Part shown: positions 1 through 9,934 of the stretch, in pieces
Layout: each line of letters starts with the position of its first letter
How positions within the stretch are numbered: the first letter of the stretch is position 1
Source of the DNA: Patescibacteria group bacterium
Lineage (GTDB): Bacteria; Patescibacteriota; Patescibacteriia; Patescibacteriales; UBA12465
Assembly (NCBI GenBank): GCA_041671365.1
Contig: JBAZBP010000001.1
Coordinates: 261,518 to 325,517 of the forward strand
Length of the DNA: 64,000 bases
Direction of reading: 5' to 3'
Notes under the pieces: model-generated
The model's database searches: none
Seen by the model: only the letters and a program-made list of their open reading frames with translations
Told to the model about the DNA's origin: nothing
Made by a program: the position numbers and the translations under genes

Positions 1-1
1 G

Positions 2-379
2 GCGGCGATTAAGGATTTTAGAAGCGGGGCAAAAATTTTTGCTAAAAAAGTTGATGATCCGTCCAGATTCGGAGTGGTTAAATTTAATGAACAAAATCGG
101 GCGGAAAAAATTGTGGAAAAACCTCAAGAATATTTAAGCGATTATGCCGTGACCGGTTTATATCTCTATGATTCTCGAGTAATTAACATTGCCAAAGATA
201 TGAAACCGAGTGCCCGGGGAGAATTGGAAATTACCGAAGTAAATAATTGGTATTTATCTCGGGGAGAACTTGAAGTGGTTTTAGTTAACGGTGAATGGTT
301 GGATACCGGCACTTTTGATAGCCTACTTAAGGCCCAAACTTTGGCTAAAGAAAAATTAGCCGCTAAAATGGTCATATGA
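2..379 (+). CDS. rfbA: glucose-1-phosphate thymidylyltransferase (RmlA/RfbA-type), C-terminal part; 5' end outside window
   Basis: Frame 2 is open from the window edge ([30 protein letters not shown]...[12 protein letters not shown]...[13 protein letters not shown]). This resembles the C-terminal half of RmlA-family sugar nucleotidyltransferases. The stop overlaps the next start (ATGA at 376-379). Confidence 0.8.
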   Translation, partial: AAIKDFRSGAKIFAKKVDDPSRFGVVKFNEQNRAEKIVEKPQEYLSDYAVTGLYLYDSRVINIAKDMKPSARGELEITEVNNWYLSRGELEVVLVNGEWLDTGTFDSLLKAQTLAKEKLAAKMVI

Positions 380-1383
380 AATTAGCTGTTGGCTTTTTGA
401 CTTATAACGAGGCGAGTGCTAAATATTTGGCGGATTTTTTGCCTAGTTTAGAGGCGGCGCTCGGATTTTTAAAAGAATCTGATTGTCAGGTTTTGGCTTT
501 TGACAACAGTCCTTCTTCAAATAATGTTAATCGCTTAACGCTCGAAGCTTGGAATGGAAGCTGCGACGAATCAGGACGACTACACCGACTGATAAAGTAT
601 TTAAGCGTAGGGAAAAACTTAGGTTTTGGGCGAGCTTATAATTTTTTACTCAATTTAGCCACTGATAATCAGGCTGAATATTTTTTAATTATTAATCCCG
701 ACACACTGCTGGACGCTAACGCCGTCAGTGAACTGATCGCGGCGTTAGACAAACAAGCAGATTTAGCGGCGGCGGCTCCTAAAATTTTACGTTTTGATTT
801 TGTCCGTCATCTAAAAACCGAGATAATTGATTCCTTGGGCTTAATCTTGCGTCCGGGTTTGCAATTTTTAGACTTAGGTCAAGGACAAACAGATAACAGC
901 AGCTTGTACTCGACGGAAATTATCGGACCGTCGGGAGCGGCCGGCCTTTTTCGATTAAGTGCTTTGATAAAAATAGGTGAATCAAATGCCGTTGATCAAA
1001 CTGTTCATTATTTTGATGAACGGTTTTTTATGTATAAGGAAGATTGTGATTTAGCTTATCGTCTATTTATAGCTGGTTATAAATCGCGTCTCGTAGTGAC
1101 GTCTGTAATTTATCACGATCGGACCGCCACTTCATCCGGCCGGAATTTATGGCAAATTATTATTGATCGCCAGAAAAAAAGTCGGCAAATTCGCTCTTGG
1201 TCTTTTAAAAATCAGCACCTCCTTTTTATAAAGCATTGGAAAAAACAAAATATTGTCAATCGTGTTTTTATTGTTTTCCGTTTTTTATCTATGTTAATAT
1301 TTTCTCTTATATTAGAACAATTTAATTTAAAGCAATATTATTATATCTGGTTATCCCGTAAGGAGTTGACTAATATAAAATAA
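376..1383 (+). CDS. family 2 glycosyltransferase (rhamnosyltransferase-like)
   Basis: N-terminal GFLTYNE...DNSPSS, then GFGRAYN, IINPDT and a [11 protein letters not shown] block, typical of the GT2 (GT-A) fold. Translationally coupled to the rmlA-like ORF. Confidence 0.75.
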   Translation: MKLAVGFLTYNEASAKYLADFLPSLEAALGFLKESDCQVLAFDNSPSSNNVNRLTLEAWNGSCDESGRLHRLIKYLSVGKNLGFGRAYNFLLNLATDNQAEYFLIINPDTLLDANAVSELIAALDKQADLAAAAPKILRFDFVRHLKTEIIDSLGLILRPGLQFLDLGQGQTDNSSLYSTEIIGPSGAAGLFRLSALIKIGESNAVDQTVHYFDERFFMYKEDCDLAYRLFIAGYKSRLVVTSVIYHDRTATSSGRNLWQIIIDRQKKSRQIRSWSFKNQHLLFIKHWKKQNIVNRVFIVFRFLSMLIFSLILEQFNLKQYYYIWLSRKELTNIK

Positions 1384-1441
1384 TATGATAGATTAATGTA
1401 AATTAAATAGCTTGACTGTTTTATTTTTTTATATAGCTAAT

Positions 1442-2503
1442 ATGGATAATTTATTAGAAAAAATGATTAACGAAAAAAGAAGTCAAGAGTTAATGCGCTT
1501 AAACGCTATTAATATTGTTGACTCTTTATTTTCTGAGTTGCTTGATCGGGAGAAAGATATTTTATCTCGTCGTTTTGGATTAAAGGGCAATAAAGGAGAG
1601 ACTTTGGAAAAGATTGGCGGTTTACATAAATTAACTCGAGAACGAGTGCGCCAGATTGAAGTCGCTAGTATTAAAAAAATTAAAAAACTTGATAAGTTAG
1701 AAAGTTCTATTGTGACCTTAAGAGAGGTAGTACAAAGCTTATTGACTGATCATGGTGGTTTAATCAGCCGGGATTACATGTTAGATATTTTAACGGTAAT
1801 TTGTCTGGAAATTGACAGTGAGTCAGCCAACAATCAAGCTAATGCGGCGGACGATAGGTTTGATTATGGAATTAAGCGGCAGGCCTATCGCAATCATTTT
1901 AATTTTTTACTTTCTAAATTAATGAATGAGGATTTGGAACTAGTGGAAGACTCCGATAATTTTAATTCTTCTTTTAAAAATAAAAACGAAGATGTCCATC
2001 ATTTAGAAGAACTGGCGGAAGATTTATTGAAAAAAGTGGATGGTTTGAAAAAAACTTTTACTACTGAAGAATTATTCAATTTGCTGAAAAATCTTGAAGC
2101 TTATAATAAACACCAAACAAAGCTGGAATCTCGAGTCGGCGCCGACATCCCGGCGGTGTTTAAAAGTCAAATTTTTCCCGACAAGGCGGATTTAATTAAT
2201 AATAATAAACTTCTATATTCTTTAATGCAGGCGATTAAAGACATAGAACAGAATAAATACGGCGAGTGGGGTTTGGCCGATTGGGGAGAAATTAATCCCA
2301 AGACTGTTAATGATAAGATTTATTTGGTTTTAAAGCACTCCGGTTCCCCCCTGCATTTTACAGAAATAGCAAAAAAAATTAATGAGATGAAGTTTGATCG
2401 GAAAACCGCTAATGCCGCGACGGTTCATAATGAATTAATTCTTGACGATCGGTATGTTTTAGTTAATCGCGGTACCTACGGATTGAAAGAATGGAAGAAA
2501 TAA
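1442..2503 (+). CDS. sigma-70 region-4-like HTH protein with C-terminal HARE-HTH domain
   Basis: LSRRFGL...ETLEKIGGLHKLTRERVRQIEVASIKKIKK resembles sigma-70 region 4. The C-terminal IYLVLKHSGSPLHFTEIAKKI...VHNELILDDRYVLVNRGTYGLKEW resembles HARE-HTH (RpoE-delta/ASXL type). The ATG at 1442 is preferred over the TTG at 1412. Confidence 0.6.
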   Translation: MDNLLEKMINEKRSQELMRLNAINIVDSLFSELLDREKDILSRRFGLKGNKGETLEKIGGLHKLTRERVRQIEVASIKKIKKLDKLESSIVTLREVVQSLLTDHGGLISRDYMLDILTVICLEIDSESANNQANAADDRFDYGIKRQAYRNHFNFLLSKLMNEDLELVEDSDNFNSSFKNKNEDVHHLEELAEDLLKKVDGLKKTFTTEELFNLLKNLEAYNKHQTKLESRVGADIPAVFKSQIFPDKADLINNNKLLYSLMQAIKDIEQNKYGEWGLADWGEINPKTVNDKIYLVLKHSGSPLHFTEIAKKINEMKFDRKTANAATVHNELILDDRYVLVNRGTYGLKEWKK

Positions 2504-2528
2504 TTATCAATAATAAATTATCGATTAA

Positions 2529-2564
2529 AGAAATCTGCTTTCAATGACGCAGATTTCTTTTTTT
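2529..2564 (+). terminator. rho-independent terminator
   Basis: AGAAATCTGC (2529-2538) pairs with GCAGATTTCT (2549-2558), followed by a T-run. Confidence 0.7.
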
Positions 2565-2629
2565 GTGGGAATATGATAAAATATAGCTATAAAATTCATA
2601 ATTAGTAAAAGTAATTGGGGTAATTTACT

Positions 2630-4093
2630 ATGAATATTGTCATCAATACCACCGGTATTAATAATTTTTTAAATTTACCGCCTAATCAGATGTTTTGGGT
2701 TTTTTTAGGTAATGGGGGTTGGTTATTTTTGGCGGTGATTTTTTTGTATGGCGCGCGTTTGGTTTATTTATCTTATATCCAGCAGAAATGGGCCGAGACT
2801 CATAAAAATATTCTTCTGGCTATTGATATTCCGCGCGGTAACGAACAATCGCCGAAAGCGGTCGAGAATATGTTTACTTATTTAGCCGGCGCCCATGGCT
2901 CTATTAGTTTTTTTGAAAAATGGTTCGAGGGTAAATTTCAGAAATCTTTCAGTTTTGAGATTGTCAGTTTAGAGGGTTATACGCAGTTCTTGATTCGTAC
3001 GCCGGTTGAATTTACTAATTTGGTGGAGTCCGCGGTTTATTCGCAGTATCCGGATGCGGAAATTTCCGAGGTTGATGATTATGTCGGAGCGGTACCCAGT
3101 AGCGTTCCTGATGATGAATATGATGTTTGGGGCACAGAATTTATCCAATCCCTCTCTTTTGTTTATCCGATTAAATGTTATCAGGAATTTGAGCATCAAA
3201 TGGGCCCGAGCGAAACGCAATTTAAGGATCCGATGGCCAGTTTAATGGATTTATTTGGTTCTCTGCGTCAGGGCGAGCATCTTTGGTTCCAAATGATTCT
3301 TATCCCTACTGGTTTTACCTGGATTAAAGACTCTATCAAAGAAATCAATAAAATTTTTGGCCGAAAGGAAAAAACTAAACCCGGTTTAGTTGATAAACTT
3401 ATTGAAGGGATAGGAAATGCCAGCGAACTAATTTATTCGATTTGGGGAGACATCGAATCTGGCGCCAAGAAAGAAGTTAAACCTAAAACGATGATGGATT
3501 TAACACCGGACGAAAAGCGTAAAGTTGAGAGTATCCAACTTAAGGCGTCTAAGTTAGCCTTTGAGGCTAAATTCCGCATAGTTTATGTAGCTAAACATGA
3601 AGTAATGAACAAGGCTAAAGTGGTCAGCGGTATAGTTGGCTATATGAAACAATTTGCCTCATTGGACTTGAATAATTTAAGGCCTGATATGGACATGACT
3701 TTCGTTAAGGCTATTTATTTTTTCACTAAATCACGCCTGCTAACCAGAAAACGCAAGATCTTCGGGGCTTATATCGGGCGTTCGGGTTGGCGCGGGCGGC
3801 TGCCCGGTCTATATAACATTGAAGAACTAGCTACTGTCTGGCATTTTCCTTTAGAGGCAAATGTTAAAGCGGCGATGATGCAGAAAGCCCCGGGAAGAAA
3901 AGCTGATGCGCCCGCATCTCTGCCTTTAGCCGAAGAAACGGTAGTGCCGTTACCCGATATTTTTAAACAGCCGTTAATGTCTTCGCGGCGGAACATAGCG
4001 GCGGAAACGACCAAGGAGAACAAAACGTCCAATAAAGAAGATATTTTAATTGATAAAAATGTTGATCCGCCGGCTAATTTGCCTTTTGTTTAA
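2630..4093 (+). CDS. membrane-anchored protein of unknown function
   Basis: 487-aa ORF with one N-terminal hydrophobic helix (WVFLGNGGWLFLAVIFLYGARLVYL), a large soluble part and an ELATVWHFP motif. I recognise no enzymatic motif. Confidence 0.55.
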   Translation: MNIVINTTGINNFLNLPPNQMFWVFLGNGGWLFLAVIFLYGARLVYLSYIQQKWAETHKNILLAIDIPRGNEQSPKAVENMFTYLAGAHGSISFFEKWFEGKFQKSFSFEIVSLEGYTQFLIRTPVEFTNLVESAVYSQYPDAEISEVDDYVGAVPSSVPDDEYDVWGTEFIQSLSFVYPIKCYQEFEHQMGPSETQFKDPMASLMDLFGSLRQGEHLWFQMILIPTGFTWIKDSIKEINKIFGRKEKTKPGLVDKLIEGIGNASELIYSIWGDIESGAKKEVKPKTMMDLTPDEKRKVESIQLKASKLAFEAKFRIVYVAKHEVMNKAKVVSGIVGYMKQFASLDLNNLRPDMDMTFVKAIYFFTKSRLLTRKRKIFGAYIGRSGWRGRLPGLYNIEELATVWHFPLEANVKAAMMQKAPGRKADAPASLPLAEETVVPLPDIFKQPLMSSRRNIAAETTKENKTSNKEDILIDKNVDPPANLPFV

Positions 4094-4109
4094 TTTTTAT
4101 TCTACATAA

Positions 4110-5303
4110 ATGAAAATAGGGATTGATGCTCGCTTCTACGGCCCGATTGGTAAAGGTTTGGGCCGTTATACTCAAGAAGTGGTGGAAAACATCATAAAAA
4201 TTACAAATGACAGCTTGCCGGCCGATAGTCGGCTGGCTATTGATTATGTCATTTTTTTAAGTCCGGATAATTTTGATGAATTTGATGGCAACCGACCGAA
4301 TGTTAAAAAAGTTAAATTGACTTGTTCTTGGTATTCCTGGTCGGAACAATTATTTTTTCCTTATTATTTATGGCGCGAACACTTGGACTTGATTCATTTT
4401 CCTCATTTTAATGTACCCCTCTTAACGCCGATAAGATTTGTGGTCACGATTCATGATTTAATTTTAACTCATTTTCCGACTGTTCGGGCTACGACTCATC
4501 ATCATTTTTGGTATTATTTTAAAAATTTTGCTTATCGTTTCGTGATATTAATGGCTTTAAAGCGGGCGCGTCGAATAATCACCGTTTCGGAGTTTACCAA
4601 AAATGATATTGTTAAACGATTTAAAATTAATTCGTCTAAAATTATCGTTACTTATGAAGGGGTAGCCAATTTATCCGCCGGTCGCGATTCTTTGTTTGTG
4701 GCCAAACTTGATAGTCGGGAGATATTGGCGCAATACCATATTCCTCAAAATTTTTTGTTATATGTCGGCAATGCTTATCCTCATAAGAATTTAGAGATTT
4801 TATTGCAAGTTTTTAGTAAATTACACGTGGAGCGTCCGGAGTTGCGTCTGGTCCTGGTAGGGAAGATAGATTATTTTTATGAACGGGTACAGGCGGTAGC
4901 GCGTGTCCTGAATCTCTGGCAGAGTGGAAATATTAATAGTCCAGTAATTTTTCCGGGCTATGTGCCGGATGCTCAATTAGAAATTCTTTACGCGGAAGCG
5001 CGAGTTTATGTTTTTCCTTCATTGTATGAGGGCTTTGGTCTGCCGCCGCTGGAAGCTATGGCTCAGGGTTGTCCGGTAATTAGTTCTGATAGAGCGTCGT
5101 TGCCGGAAATACTAAGCGACGCCGCCTTATATTTTAATCCGGAGGATAAGACCGATATATTGTCTAAGATTAAAATAGTGCTGGAAGACAATGTCCAGCG
5201 AGATAGTTTAAAAAAACGTGGTCCAGTCCAAGCGAAAAAATATAATTGGTGGGAGTGTGCCCGCCTTACTTTAGCAGTTTATCGGGAAGCGCTTAAAATG
5301 TAG
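4110..5303 (+). CDS. family 4 (group 1) glycosyltransferase
   Basis: C-terminal FPSLYEGFGLPPLEAMAQGCPVISSDRASLPEI is the classic GT4/GT-B E-x7-E region. Confidence 0.85.
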   Translation: MKIGIDARFYGPIGKGLGRYTQEVVENIIKITNDSLPADSRLAIDYVIFLSPDNFDEFDGNRPNVKKVKLTCSWYSWSEQLFFPYYLWREHLDLIHFPHFNVPLLTPIRFVVTIHDLILTHFPTVRATTHHHFWYYFKNFAYRFVILMALKRARRIITVSEFTKNDIVKRFKINSSKIIVTYEGVANLSAGRDSLFVAKLDSREILAQYHIPQNFLLYVGNAYPHKNLEILLQVFSKLHVERPELRLVLVGKIDYFYERVQAVARVLNLWQSGNINSPVIFPGYVPDAQLEILYAEARVYVFPSLYEGFGLPPLEAMAQGCPVISSDRASLPEILSDAALYFNPEDKTDILSKIKIVLEDNVQRDSLKKRGPVQAKKYNWWECARLTLAVYREALKM

Positions 5304-5324
5304 TTGGTAGAACATTACAGCTGT

Positions 5325-7859
5325 ATGGCTAAAAAAGATAAAATTTCTATTATTGATTTAGAGCGGGAAAGGTTCTCTAATTTTGTAGTGGATTTAAGAA
5401 GGGCTGAACATAGAGCAATTCCAGATAAAGGAAAAGAATCAAAAAAATTCGGTCGAAAGTTAGCTAATCAATTGGAAAAAATAGAAATCGCGGTAAAAAA
5501 GATTAAACCGAATCTGCTCCAAGCCGATAAACCACGTCGTTCAGCTTATTTAAATCAATTGAAGCTCCGTTCTTTTTTTCATCGTTGGCGACCAGGGTTG
5601 ATTGTCAAAAAAGCAGAACAAAATCCTTGGTTAAAACTAGTCAAAGAGCGGGAACGGATTTTTAATGCTCCACCGAGTTTAAATTCAAAAAGAAAAAACT
5701 TTTTTTGGTTTAAGCGTTTTATCTTTAAACATTCCGACTCGGCTGAAGATCGAAGCGATTGGCAGCTCCCTCTTTTTTCCTTCGTTCTTGTTCTAGTGTT
5801 AATTATTTTTTTCTTTAATGTTTTATCCCGGTGGCCATTATCTAGTTTGGCCGATTGGGAGGAACGAATCACCGGTCGTTCGGTTTTAGCGGTAAACAAT
5901 CTTTTAACGGCCACTGATTTTGCGACCAAATTAAATTTCCAAAAAGCGGATATAAATTTTCAACAAGCGAGCCTGAATTTTTTAGGAGCGGCCAATGATT
6001 TAAATCGGATAAATGATAATATTCTCTCCTTAGCTACTTTATCTAATAATCCTAAAATAAAATTAGCGGCGGAAAGCAAAAAATTTATAAACGCCGGTGT
6101 TTTAGCGGCTTCTCTGGGCCACAATCTAGTCTTGGCCACAGATAGCCTGTTTAACGGTAATACAAACAGTTTTTCCGTTTCTCTCGATAATTTTTTAAAT
6201 TTTGGCCATCAAGCAGTCGGCAACGCTCAAAGCTTAAAACAGGAAGTAAATCAAATTAATCTGGCTAATTTACCTCCAGATTATCGGGTTAAATTTGCAA
6301 CCCTGAGAGATCAGGTTAGTTTATTGGCGGATAATTTAAATAATTTTGTGACGCTCGGCGATAAGCTGAAAGAATTTTTCGGTCTCAGTCGTGATAAAAG
6401 ATATTTATTGGTTTTTCAAAATAATGCCGAACTGCGAGCGAGCGGGGGTTTTTTAGGTAGTTATGCCCTCGTCGACTTAAGGGACGGTAAAATTATTAAT
6501 TTAGAGGTGCCGGGTGGCGGTTCCTACGATACCGAGGGAGGCATGAAAGTTAATGTGGCGGCACCAGAACCGTTATGGCTAGTTAATCCGCTTTGGCATT
6601 TTTGGGATGCTAATTGGTGGCCGGATTGGCCGACTACGGCCCAAAACTTAATGTGGTTTTATGAAAAAAGCGCTGGACCGAGCGTTGATGGCGTTATCAG
6701 CGTTACTCCGACAGTAGTCGAAGGTTTATTAGAAATTACCGGTCCGATCGATTTGTCTAAAGAGTATGGTTTAATTATTGGAGCTGATAATTTTTGGGAA
6801 GCAGTCCAGACTATAACTGAACAAAAAAATTTAATTAAGACTAATGCGGAGGCGTCTGTCGCTCTATCGGCAGTTTCTTTGCCGTTACAGTCGACGCTTC
6901 CTTTACAACAGGGGCTGGAGGTTAATTCCGCGAATAAACCTAAAAAAATTATTGGCGATTTAATGACTAAAATTCTAGAAGTTTTACCGCAAAAATTAAC
7001 CAAAGACAATCTTTTAAAAATTATTAATCTTTTTGAAAAAAGTTTATCGGCTAAGCAAATTTTATTTTATTTTACCGACCCCAATTTAGAGGCAACGGTG
7101 GCTAGCCGCAATTGGGCGGGGGAAATCCAGACAACCGCTCGGGATTACCTTTTGGTAGTTGATACTAATATTGCTGGTCAAAAATCCGATCGTTTAATAA
7201 GCGAAAAGATAGATCAGAGCAGCGAGGTTGAGAGCGACGGCACTATTATTAATACTGTTGAAATTACTCGGACGCATCATGGAATAAATCATGCACCCTT
7301 AACCGGCGTTCGCAATGTTGATTGGCTTCGGGTTTATGTGCCGGCCGGAAGTGAATTACTGTCTGCCACCGGTTTCCAGAGCCCCGATGCTAAATATCTG
7401 CAGGAAAAACCAGATCCAGGCTGGGAACATAGCCCCTTATTAGTCGATGAAAATAAAACGACGGATCCGCGAACCAATACTAAAATTTATCAGGAGAAAG
7501 GGAAGACGGTTTTTGCTAATTGGACCATGCTTGACCCTGGCCAAAGCACGATAATTACTTTGCGATATCGTTTACCTTTTAATTTCTTCGATTCGGTTGT
7601 CGATTCTGGTTGGTTAAAAAAAATTAATACTTGGTTAAATCCCGACATGGCTCCGTCCTTAGCCTATTCTTTAATGGTTCAAAAACAATCCGGAGCTACT
7701 TCCCGTGAATTTACCGGTCGTTTAATATTGCCTCAAAATCAGCAAATTTTTTGGCGCTATCCCGAGACGCTTAATGGTATTAATGGTTGGGAGATCAAGG
7801 ACCAGCTTGATAGCGATAAGTATTATGCTATATTATTTAAGACAACACATAATTACTAA
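5325..7859 (+). CDS. DUF4012-like membrane-anchored extracytoplasmic protein
   Basis: One TM helix (LPLFSFVLVLVLIIFFFNVL) and the block YLLVFQNNAELRASGGFLGSYALVDLRDGKI, which I recognise as the DUF4012 signature. The ATG at 5325 is preferred over the TTG at 5304. Confidence 0.7.
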   Translation: MAKKDKISIIDLERERFSNFVVDLRRAEHRAIPDKGKESKKFGRKLANQLEKIEIAVKKIKPNLLQADKPRRSAYLNQLKLRSFFHRWRPGLIVKKAEQNPWLKLVKERERIFNAPPSLNSKRKNFFWFKRFIFKHSDSAEDRSDWQLPLFSFVLVLVLIIFFFNVLSRWPLSSLADWEERITGRSVLAVNNLLTATDFATKLNFQKADINFQQASLNFLGAANDLNRINDNILSLATLSNNPKIKLAAESKKFINAGVLAASLGHNLVLATDSLFNGNTNSFSVSLDNFLNFGHQAVGNAQSLKQEVNQINLANLPPDYRVKFATLRDQVSLLADNLNNFVTLGDKLKEFFGLSRDKRYLLVFQNNAELRASGGFLGSYALVDLRDGKIINLEVPGGGSYDTEGGMKVNVAAPEPLWLVNPLWHFWDANWWPDWPTTAQNLMWFYEKSAGPSVDGVISVTPTVVEGLLEITGPIDLSKEYGLIIGADNFWEAVQTITEQKNLIKTNAEASVALSAVSLPLQSTLPLQQGLEVNSANKPKKIIGDLMTKILEVLPQKLTKDNLLKIINLFEKSLSAKQILFYFTDPNLEATVASRNWAGEIQTTARDYLLVVDTNIAGQKSDRLISEKIDQSSEVESDGTIINTVEITRTHHGINHAPLTGVRNVDWLRVYVPAGSELLSATGFQSPDAKYLQEKPDPGWEHSPLLVDENKTTDPRTNTKIYQEKGKTVFANWTMLDPGQSTIITLRYRLPFNFFDSVVDSGWLKKINTWLNPDMAPSLAYSLMVQKQSGATSREFTGRLILPQNQQIFWRYPETLNGINGWEIKDQLDSDKYYAILFKTTHNY

Positions 7860-7864
7860 AATAT

Positions 7865-9886
7865 ATGCCAGAGATAAAAAAAGTAAAAAAAGTTCTGCGT
7901 GTTGGTCAAGAGGAGTCATCAGGTCTCTTGTCTTTTGTGGAGCGTCCGGTGCCGACTGCCAGCGAAGTGACCAACTTTGAACGGGTCATTGGCCGAGAAT
8001 TGCGCGAGCAGGAAATTGACTCCAATTTAGATGAAATTTATAGCGATCGAAAGGGCGGACGAGTGGACGTCAAAAAAATGAAAGTAAAAAAACGTCCGAT
8101 ATTTTTAGTTCGTTTTTTCCGAATTTTGTTGGCCATCACTCTATTGTCTCTAACTGCTTATTTCGCTTATTTTTATTTATTCAGTAATAGCAACGATATC
8201 AGTAGTATGGATTTTAGTATTAGTTCGCCTGATAATATTATTGCCGGCCAAGAATTTTCTTATCAAGTTTCTTATCATAATCCGACTAAATATCCTTTTT
8301 CAAAATTACATCTCGAACTGCAATATCCGGAAAATTTTATTTTTGTTTCCGCTTCCCGGCCGCCGCTGAGCGGTAATGCTAGTTGGGATTTGGCGGATTT
8401 AGCGGCTGGTGAAAATGTTACTTTGACCGTCACCGGCCAGCTAATCGCGCCGCCGGATTCGGCTAACGTTATTTTTGGACATTTGAGTTATCTTCCCAGT
8501 AGCTTTACCAGCCAATTTAAAAAAGATGCATCATTTTCTACAATTATTAGTAGTTTGGGCTTTAACGTTAATTTGGATTCTTCTGGCACGGCTTTTCTTA
8601 ATTCTAACAACGATTTAACGCTTATTTTTTCGGAAGTTAAAAATAATTATTTAGGAGATTTTAATATTACTTTTTCTTTACCGGAACATGCTAGTGCGGC
8701 GGTTGTCAGTAAAGATGTCGGCGGTAATTCAACCTCAAGTGCGATTCTCACGGCAACTTCTAAACCAGCCTCTACTAGCTCGCCTAATTTGGTTATTGCT
8801 CCCGATGGAGGTACTAGTTGGCGGGTTAGCGGTTTGTATCCGCCAATTGGTCGCCAAGAAATTCCTTTAACTTATAAAGTTACCCAAGAATCGGATAAGG
8901 CTATGATTACTGTTCGTTTGGAAAAAAGATTTGATAATGGACAACCCCATATTTTTTGGGAAAAAACAATTCAGCCGCAATTAGTTAAAAGTAATTTAAA
9001 TTTAACCTTATTGTTAAATAATTCTAAAAATGATGGGGCGGTTATTTTCGGACAACCGCTTAACTATTCCTTAACTTATGCCAATCAGGACAGCAATACT
9101 TATAAAGACGTAGTGATTATGGCGGCGCTTAGCGGCGACTTTTTAGATTGGAATTCTCTGCAAGCCGGGAATAACGGTCAAACGCAAAATAGAACGATAG
9201 TTTGGACTAAAAATGAAGTTCCAGGTTTAGCGGCGATTAAATCGGGCGACAGTGGTGTTCTTAATTTTAGTTTAAATTTATTACCATTTACCGCGGATGA
9301 TCTGGGAAAGAAAATGTCTATAGTTTCTTATGGACAATACAGTATGGATAGTCAGCCGATAAGCGGCGAGAGTAATAAAAGCAATACGATTACCAGTCAA
9401 ATTAATAGCGACCTGTCTTTAAATGAACAGATTCGTTATTTCGATTCTAATAATATTCCGGTCGGTTCCGGGCCTTTGCCGCCGACCGTCGGGCAGACGA
9501 CTAGTTTTAGAGTACACTGGACGATAAAAAATAGTTTACATGAATTGACCGATACGCGGGTAGTCTTGAATTTGCCTGCATATATCACTTTAAGCAATAA
9601 TACGGTCGGTGTCGGTAGCTTATCTTATAATAATTCTAATAACCAAGTTGTTTGGGAAGTTGGTCGTTTGCCGGTTTCGGTTTCTCAGGTTGAGGCGTCT
9701 TTTAATATTAGTCTTACTCCGACTGAAGAAAATCGTAATAAAATTTTAGTTTTATCTCCGGGTTCGACGGTAACCGCTATGGATACAGTGACGATGGCGG
9801 AGATTAGTCAAACAACGCCGGCAAAAACAACAAAATTAGAAGATGATGATATCGCCGGTTTAAGTAATTCCGGTATAGTTAAATAG
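7865..9886 (+). CDS. membrane-anchored surface protein with DUF11/CARDB-like repeats
   Basis: N-terminal TM (FFRILLAITLLSLTAYFAYFYLF) followed by repeated beta-rich modules (e.g. YHNPTKYPFSKLHLELQYPENFIFVS...AAGENVTLTVTGQL). Confidence 0.6.
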   Translation: MPEIKKVKKVLRVGQEESSGLLSFVERPVPTASEVTNFERVIGRELREQEIDSNLDEIYSDRKGGRVDVKKMKVKKRPIFLVRFFRILLAITLLSLTAYFAYFYLFSNSNDISSMDFSISSPDNIIAGQEFSYQVSYHNPTKYPFSKLHLELQYPENFIFVSASRPPLSGNASWDLADLAAGENVTLTVTGQLIAPPDSANVIFGHLSYLPSSFTSQFKKDASFSTIISSLGFNVNLDSSGTAFLNSNNDLTLIFSEVKNNYLGDFNITFSLPEHASAAVVSKDVGGNSTSSAILTATSKPASTSSPNLVIAPDGGTSWRVSGLYPPIGRQEIPLTYKVTQESDKAMITVRLEKRFDNGQPHIFWEKTIQPQLVKSNLNLTLLLNNSKNDGAVIFGQPLNYSLTYANQDSNTYKDVVIMAALSGDFLDWNSLQAGNNGQTQNRTIVWTKNEVPGLAAIKSGDSGVLNFSLNLLPFTADDLGKKMSIVSYGQYSMDSQPISGESNKSNTITSQINSDLSLNEQIRYFDSNNIPVGSGPLPPTVGQTTSFRVHWTIKNSLHELTDTRVVLNLPAYITLSNNTVGVGSLSYNNSNNQVVWEVGRLPVSVSQVEASFNISLTPTEENRNKILVLSPGSTVTAMDTVTMAEISQTTPAKTTKLEDDDIAGLSNSGIVK

Positions 9887-9934
9887 AATTTATATAAAAA
9901 TAGTGATGATGCCTTCAATGGTCTAATTTTGTTT

